Shown: one piece after another, positions 60,401 through 64,000 of the stretch | Layout of the letters: every line of letters begins with the position of its first letter | How positions within the stretch are numbered: position 1 is the first letter of the stretch | DNA from: an uncultured Bacteroidota bacterium | GTDB lineage: Bacteria > Bacteroidota > Bacteroidia > Bacteroidales > UBA12481 | Assembly: GCA_942493265.1 (NCBI GenBank) | Contig: OW818688.1 | Coordinates: 5,266,625 to 5,330,624 of the forward strand | Length of the DNA stretch: 64,000 bases | Direction: 5' to 3' | Translations under genes and position numbers: made by a program | Notes under the pieces: generated by a model | Databases searched by the model: none | What the model was told of the DNA's origin: nothing | The model's input: only the letters and a program-made list of their open reading frames with translations

Positions 60401-60473
60401 TGGTGCCACTCGGATTTGAACCAAGGACTCACGGATTTTCAGTCCGTTGCTCTACCAGCTGAGCTATGGCACC
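60401..60473 (-). tRNA. tRNA-Phe (GAA)
   Basis: GGTGCCA/TGGCACC acceptor stem, D arm TAGCTCAGCTGGTAGAGC, ACGGA-CTGAAAA-TCCGT anticodon arm, CTTGG-TTCAAAT-CCGAG T arm; CCA not encoded. Confidence 0.97.
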
Positions 60474-60488
60474 ATTTCAATTGGGCAG

Positions 60489-60496
60489 CAAATGTA
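60489..60496 (-). promoter_or_regulatory. -7 promoter box (TACATTTG) for tRNA-Phe
   Basis: TAnnTTTG 16 bp upstream of the tRNA. Confidence 0.65.
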
Positions 60497-60558
60497 AAGT
60501 AAATTTTGTTTATGATCAATATCTCCATGAAAAAACTAACCGCTTATAGCCTATTTTA

Positions 60559-60566
60559 TATCTTTG
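60559..60566 (+). promoter_or_regulatory. -7 promoter box (TATCTTTG)
   Basis: TAnnTTTG 22 bp upstream of ATG 60588. Confidence 0.65.
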
Positions 60567-60587
60567 CCACCCTATTAATAAGCTGGA

Positions 60588-61808
60588 ATGGAGTATTTTA
60601 TTCATACCCTGAAAAATGGAATCCGTTTGGTTCATATGCCTGCCGACAATGAAGTCGCCTATTGCGGGCTCTTGCTGAATACCGGCTCGAGGGACGAGTT
60701 GGAGCATGAGCATGGGATGGCCCATTTCATTGAACATGTGATATTTAAAGGCACCACACATCGCAAGGCTTACCATATTTTATGCCGTTTGGACGATGTT
60801 GGGGGCGAAATAAATGCCTATACCACAAAAGAGGAAACAGCCTTCTATGCCGGCTTTCTGGCCCAGCATTATGACCGGGCAGTCGAACTTCTATCAGATA
60901 TTATCTTTCATTCTACCTTTCCTGCCAATGAACTTGAAAAAGAGAGGGAAGTAATTGCAGATGAGATCAATTCATATAAAGACAACCCATCTGACCAGAT
61001 TTTCGATGATTTTGAGGAGCAGATTTATCCCTGGCATCCCATCGGAAGAAATATCATGGGAACCCCGGAAACCCTGCAGACTTTCGACGAAAAAGCCATC
61101 CGGCTGTTTATGAACCGCACCTATGATACAGATGAGATGGTTATCTGCTCGGTTGGTAAAATCGCTTTCCCCCGGCTGATCAAAATGATTGAAAAATATT
61201 TTGGCGATGTTCCTTCCAGGCCCCGAAAAATCGAGCGTGCACCGATCCTCAGCTACCTGCCTACCACTGCCATCCGGCAGCTGAATACCTTTCAGGCACA
61301 TTGCGTGATTGGTACCACCGCTTATCACGCTATGGAACCGAGGCGGATGAACCTGATCCTGCTCAACAACCTGCTTGGCGGACAGGGCCTTAACTCCAGG
61401 CTGAACATGTCGCTGCGCGAAAAGCATGGATATGCCTATAACGTTGAATCCACCTATACGCCTTACATCGATACCGGCGTGCTGACTATCTATTTCGGCA
61501 CTGATCCGGAAAAACTCGACAAAAGTATTGTTCTGGTTCATAAGGAACTCGAAAGACTTAGAACCCAAAAGCTTGGCACGCTTCAGCTCAGGCGGGCTAA
61601 AAATCAGATATTAGGGCAAGTGGCTATGTCGACCGACAATAAGGAGAGCCTGCTGTTCACGCTGGGAAAAAGCATCATGCTTTTCAACCGTTTTGACTCC
61701 ATGGAAACGATTGCAAAAAAAATTGAAGAAATCACTGCTGACCAGCTGATTGAAACTGCAAACGAGATTCTTGCGACCGATAAACTGTCGATGCTGATAT
61801 TCAAATGA
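60588..61808 (+). CDS. M16-family (pitrilysin-like) zinc peptidase
   Basis: GSRDE...AHFIEHVIFKGT (inverted HxxEH), NAYTTKE and SRLNMSLREKHGYAY. Confidence 0.92.
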   Translation: MEYFIHTLKNGIRLVHMPADNEVAYCGLLLNTGSRDELEHEHGMAHFIEHVIFKGTTHRKAYHILCRLDDVGGEINAYTTKEETAFYAGFLAQHYDRAVELLSDIIFHSTFPANELEKEREVIADEINSYKDNPSDQIFDDFEEQIYPWHPIGRNIMGTPETLQTFDEKAIRLFMNRTYDTDEMVICSVGKIAFPRLIKMIEKYFGDVPSRPRKIERAPILSYLPTTAIRQLNTFQAHCVIGTTAYHAMEPRRMNLILLNNLLGGQGLNSRLNMSLREKHGYAYNVESTYTPYIDTGVLTIYFGTDPEKLDKSIVLVHKELERLRTQKLGTLQLRRAKNQILGQVAMSTDNKESLLFTLGKSIMLFNRFDSMETIAKKIEEITADQLIETANEILATDKLSMLIFK

Positions 61809-62470
61809 GCAATTTCTTTAAACATAAGGGCATCACTCATCCAAAGCTGGACCGATACGTTTTCGAGCATACCACTCCGGAAAATCCGCTATTGAGCAGG
61901 CTGTTCCGTGACACTTATGTGAAAATCCATCACCCGCGCCGGACTTCCGATCACCTGACCGGAAAGTTCCTTGAAATGATCTGCCGGATGATTCAACCCG
62001 GTAATGTTTTGGAGATCGGCACTTTCACCGGATACGGAGCCCTCGCAATGGTGGCGGGGATGCCACCCGGATCGCAATTGCATACCATCGAGATCAACGA
62101 CGAAATGGAGCCATTCATATCAGGATGGGTTAAGGAATCTCCTCACAGCGATAAAATCCATCTTCATATCGGGAATGCCCTGAGCATAATCCCTAGCCTC
62201 GACATCAGTTTCGATCTGGTATTTATTGATGGGGAAAAGAATCAATACATTGATTACTACGAATGTGCAATGGCGAAAACCCGCCCGGGCGGATTTCTGA
62301 TTGCCGACAACACTTTATGGAGCGGAAAAGTACTGGATTCTGAAATCCCGGAAAGCGATCATTTTACCCGCGGCGTGATGCAGTTCAACGATCATGTTCA
62401 GGCAGATGAACGGGTTGAAAACCTGTTACTGCCGGTTTTCGACGGAATGATGATTATCCGGAAAATCTGA
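61805..62470 (+). CDS. SAM-dependent O-methyltransferase (CCoAOMT/TrmR-like)
   Basis: LEIGTFTGYG, FDLVFIDGEK and IADNTLWSG. Confidence 0.9.
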   Translation: MSNFFKHKGITHPKLDRYVFEHTTPENPLLSRLFRDTYVKIHHPRRTSDHLTGKFLEMICRMIQPGNVLEIGTFTGYGALAMVAGMPPGSQLHTIEINDEMEPFISGWVKESPHSDKIHLHIGNALSIIPSLDISFDLVFIDGEKNQYIDYYECAMAKTRPGGFLIADNTLWSGKVLDSEIPESDHFTRGVMQFNDHVQADERVENLLLPVFDGMMIIRKI

Positions 62471-62935
62471 TCATTTCATAAATTCATAGAACCGGTAGTG
62501 GTTCCCATCCATTCCGATGGTTTCATAAACTTTCTGGGCATTCAGATTGGTCAGGTCAACATACAGCCGGATTCCCCCAACCGTATCATCGCCGTTAATC
62601 CTTTCGAGCAGCCAGGCATACATCTGCCTGAAGACCCCCTGCCGCCGGTAACCGTATATCACATACAGCGACTGAATCCACCAAACCGTACGGGCCCGCC
62701 AGTCGGACCACTCATAGGTGATCATCAGGCTTCCCACCATTTGGCCATTCTCTTTGGCCACCAGGTAAAATCCTTTGGTCGGGTCAGCAAATACCATGCT
62801 CACACCCCTGAAAACGGTATCCGGATTCAGATTAATGGCTTCCGTTTCAAGCGCCATGGCAATCTGAAAATCTGCTATTACCTGTATATCAGATTCTTCT
62901 GCTTTTGATATGATTAACATTCCGTTTTCCTCCAC
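62471..62935 (-). CDS. GNAT-family N-acetyltransferase
   Basis: TYEWSDWR, WIQSLYV...RRQGVF and N-x2-AQKVYE; alternative ATG at 62920. Confidence 0.88.
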   Translation of the reverse strand: MEENGMLIISKAEESDIQVIADFQIAMALETEAINLNPDTVFRGVSMVFADPTKGFYLVAKENGQMVGSLMITYEWSDWRARTVWWIQSLYVIYGYRRQGVFRQMYAWLLERINGDDTVGGIRLYVDLTNLNAQKVYETIGMDGNHYRFYEFMK

Positions 62936-63810
62936 ATGGGTTTGACATAGCTTTTATCGATGATACTCTTCCTGATCAGATAAACCCCGAAAATCACAAA
63001 AACGATTACCGTGATAACGGATGCTTCCGGCCCGAAGGCTCCGCCGGTTAGCCAGTCGGGACCGGGAAACCGGGCCGAGAGGAGTCCGCCGGGCTCCCCG
63101 CCCGATACCGGTGCCCCGTAAATTCCACCAAGCGTAAAGTTCCAGCCGATATGCAAACCGATGGGAATCCAGAGCTGGCGGGTGATCACATATAGCATGG
63201 CCAATATGACTCCGGCAGTCAACGCAATGGAAACCGAACTGAATACGGTAGCATTCGGATTCCAAATATGCATGAACCCAAAGATGAATGCCGACAAAAC
63301 GATCGACCACCAGGTGCCGATCCCTTCCTCTGCAATCCGGAATATTATACCGCGACTCAAAATCTCCTCCACAATACCAGCCTGTACCGACATAATCACA
63401 AAGGGCGCCATGGCAGAAATGGTATTAAACCCGGAAACCTTATAACCGCCGAACAACCACATAACCAACATAATCAGCGAAATAAAACCAAATCCAAGCA
63501 ACAGCCCATAGGTCGTCTGACGAAGGGATTTCGTAAGATCCAGCTCATTAACCCTTCGGCCCTCAACGGTAGCACAGTAGAGCATATAGCCCAGCCAGGC
63601 AAAACTGCATGTCAGAATCATCTGAATTACTGTACCGAGGTCCTCCATTCCGGAAGGGATCAGGCCCCGGCGAATCCAGGCACCCAGTGCAAGTGCCAAA
63701 CCTGTGAAAGCAATCAGAAAAACCAGTGCGATAACCAGGCGCGTCAAAGGAAATCGCATGATCTTCATTCCTCGTTCCGACATGCGGATCGCCAGCGGGT
63801 GATTATCCAT
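62914..63810 (-). CDS. CPBP/Abi (CAAX type II) intramembrane metalloprotease
   Basis: EEILSRG, FGFMH and H-x-G-W-N motifs; multiple TMs. Confidence 0.88.
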   Translation of the reverse strand: MDNHPLAIRMSERGMKIMRFPLTRLVIALVFLIAFTGLALALGAWIRRGLIPSGMEDLGTVIQMILTCSFAWLGYMLYCATVEGRRVNELDLTKSLRQTTYGLLLGFGFISLIMLVMWLFGGYKVSGFNTISAMAPFVIMSVQAGIVEEILSRGIIFRIAEEGIGTWWSIVLSAFIFGFMHIWNPNATVFSSVSIALTAGVILAMLYVITRQLWIPIGLHIGWNFTLGGIYGAPVSGGEPGGLLSARFPGPDWLTGGAFGPEASVITVIVFVIFGVYLIRKSIIDKSYVKPMWRKTEC

Positions 63811-64000
63811 TATTTTACTATTATCTTATGAATACGTACCGGAGGATCAATCTTCTGCCCTGCGGCTGAGCCCCTCCAGATTTCCTGTGCCAGTGATTTC
63901 CCTTCGATCACCTTACCGAATGCCGCAAATCCCTGTCCATCCGGATTCCTCCTTCCCCCAAAATCGAGTTCCGGCTGATCGCCAATACAGATAAAGAATT
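63810..64000 (-). CDS. Cyclophilin-type peptidyl-prolyl isomerase (3' part only)
   Basis: Minus strand translates to FFICIGDQPELDFGGRRNPDGQGFAAFGKVIEG...IIVK*; stop overlaps the next ATG. Confidence 0.85.
   Translation of the reverse strand, partial: FFICIGDQPELDFGGRRNPDGQGFAAFGKVIEGKSLAQEIWRGSAAGQKIDPPVRIHKIIVK

Noticed and set aside
60250-60473. Genomic island integrated at tRNA-Phe
   Set aside because: No integrase, and I found no duplicated tRNA 3' end in the window. The flanking genes look resident.

Overview
A 64 kb chromosomal stretch from a Bacteroidota bacterium, probably Bacteroidales/Marinilabiliales-like. The assignment rests on several T9SS C-terminal sorting domains, repeated TAnnTTTG (-7) promoter boxes upstream of genes, a type III glutamine synthetase and many lipoproteins. 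Most of the window is core genome: rpmH (partial), mqnE, PASTA-rluD-ddl, gcvP, pcm, sucC, pnp-rpsO, OmpA-purM-prfA-pyrF, glnA, gpmI, tRNA-Phe. Between these lie small accessory blocks: a GT-C membrane protein plus flavoprotein pair, three lipoproteins (one LruC-type), a BlaI/M56-TonB pair, a four-lipoprotein cluster built around a serpin, and two T9SS-secreted proteases. I see no integrase, transposase, prophage or CRISPR array. The most unusual signal is non-coding. Five intergenic regions carry arrays of 7-9 bp tandem units, each array with a different unit; some form inverted pairs and two adjoin the same GTAG-type REP palindrome. Other notable items are the serpin cluster with two paralogous 8-Cys lipoproteins and a butyrate-kinase homolog missing several catalytic-motif residues. 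All calls come from reading motifs by eye and no database search was run. Start codons were adjusted where the ORF track over-extends them.
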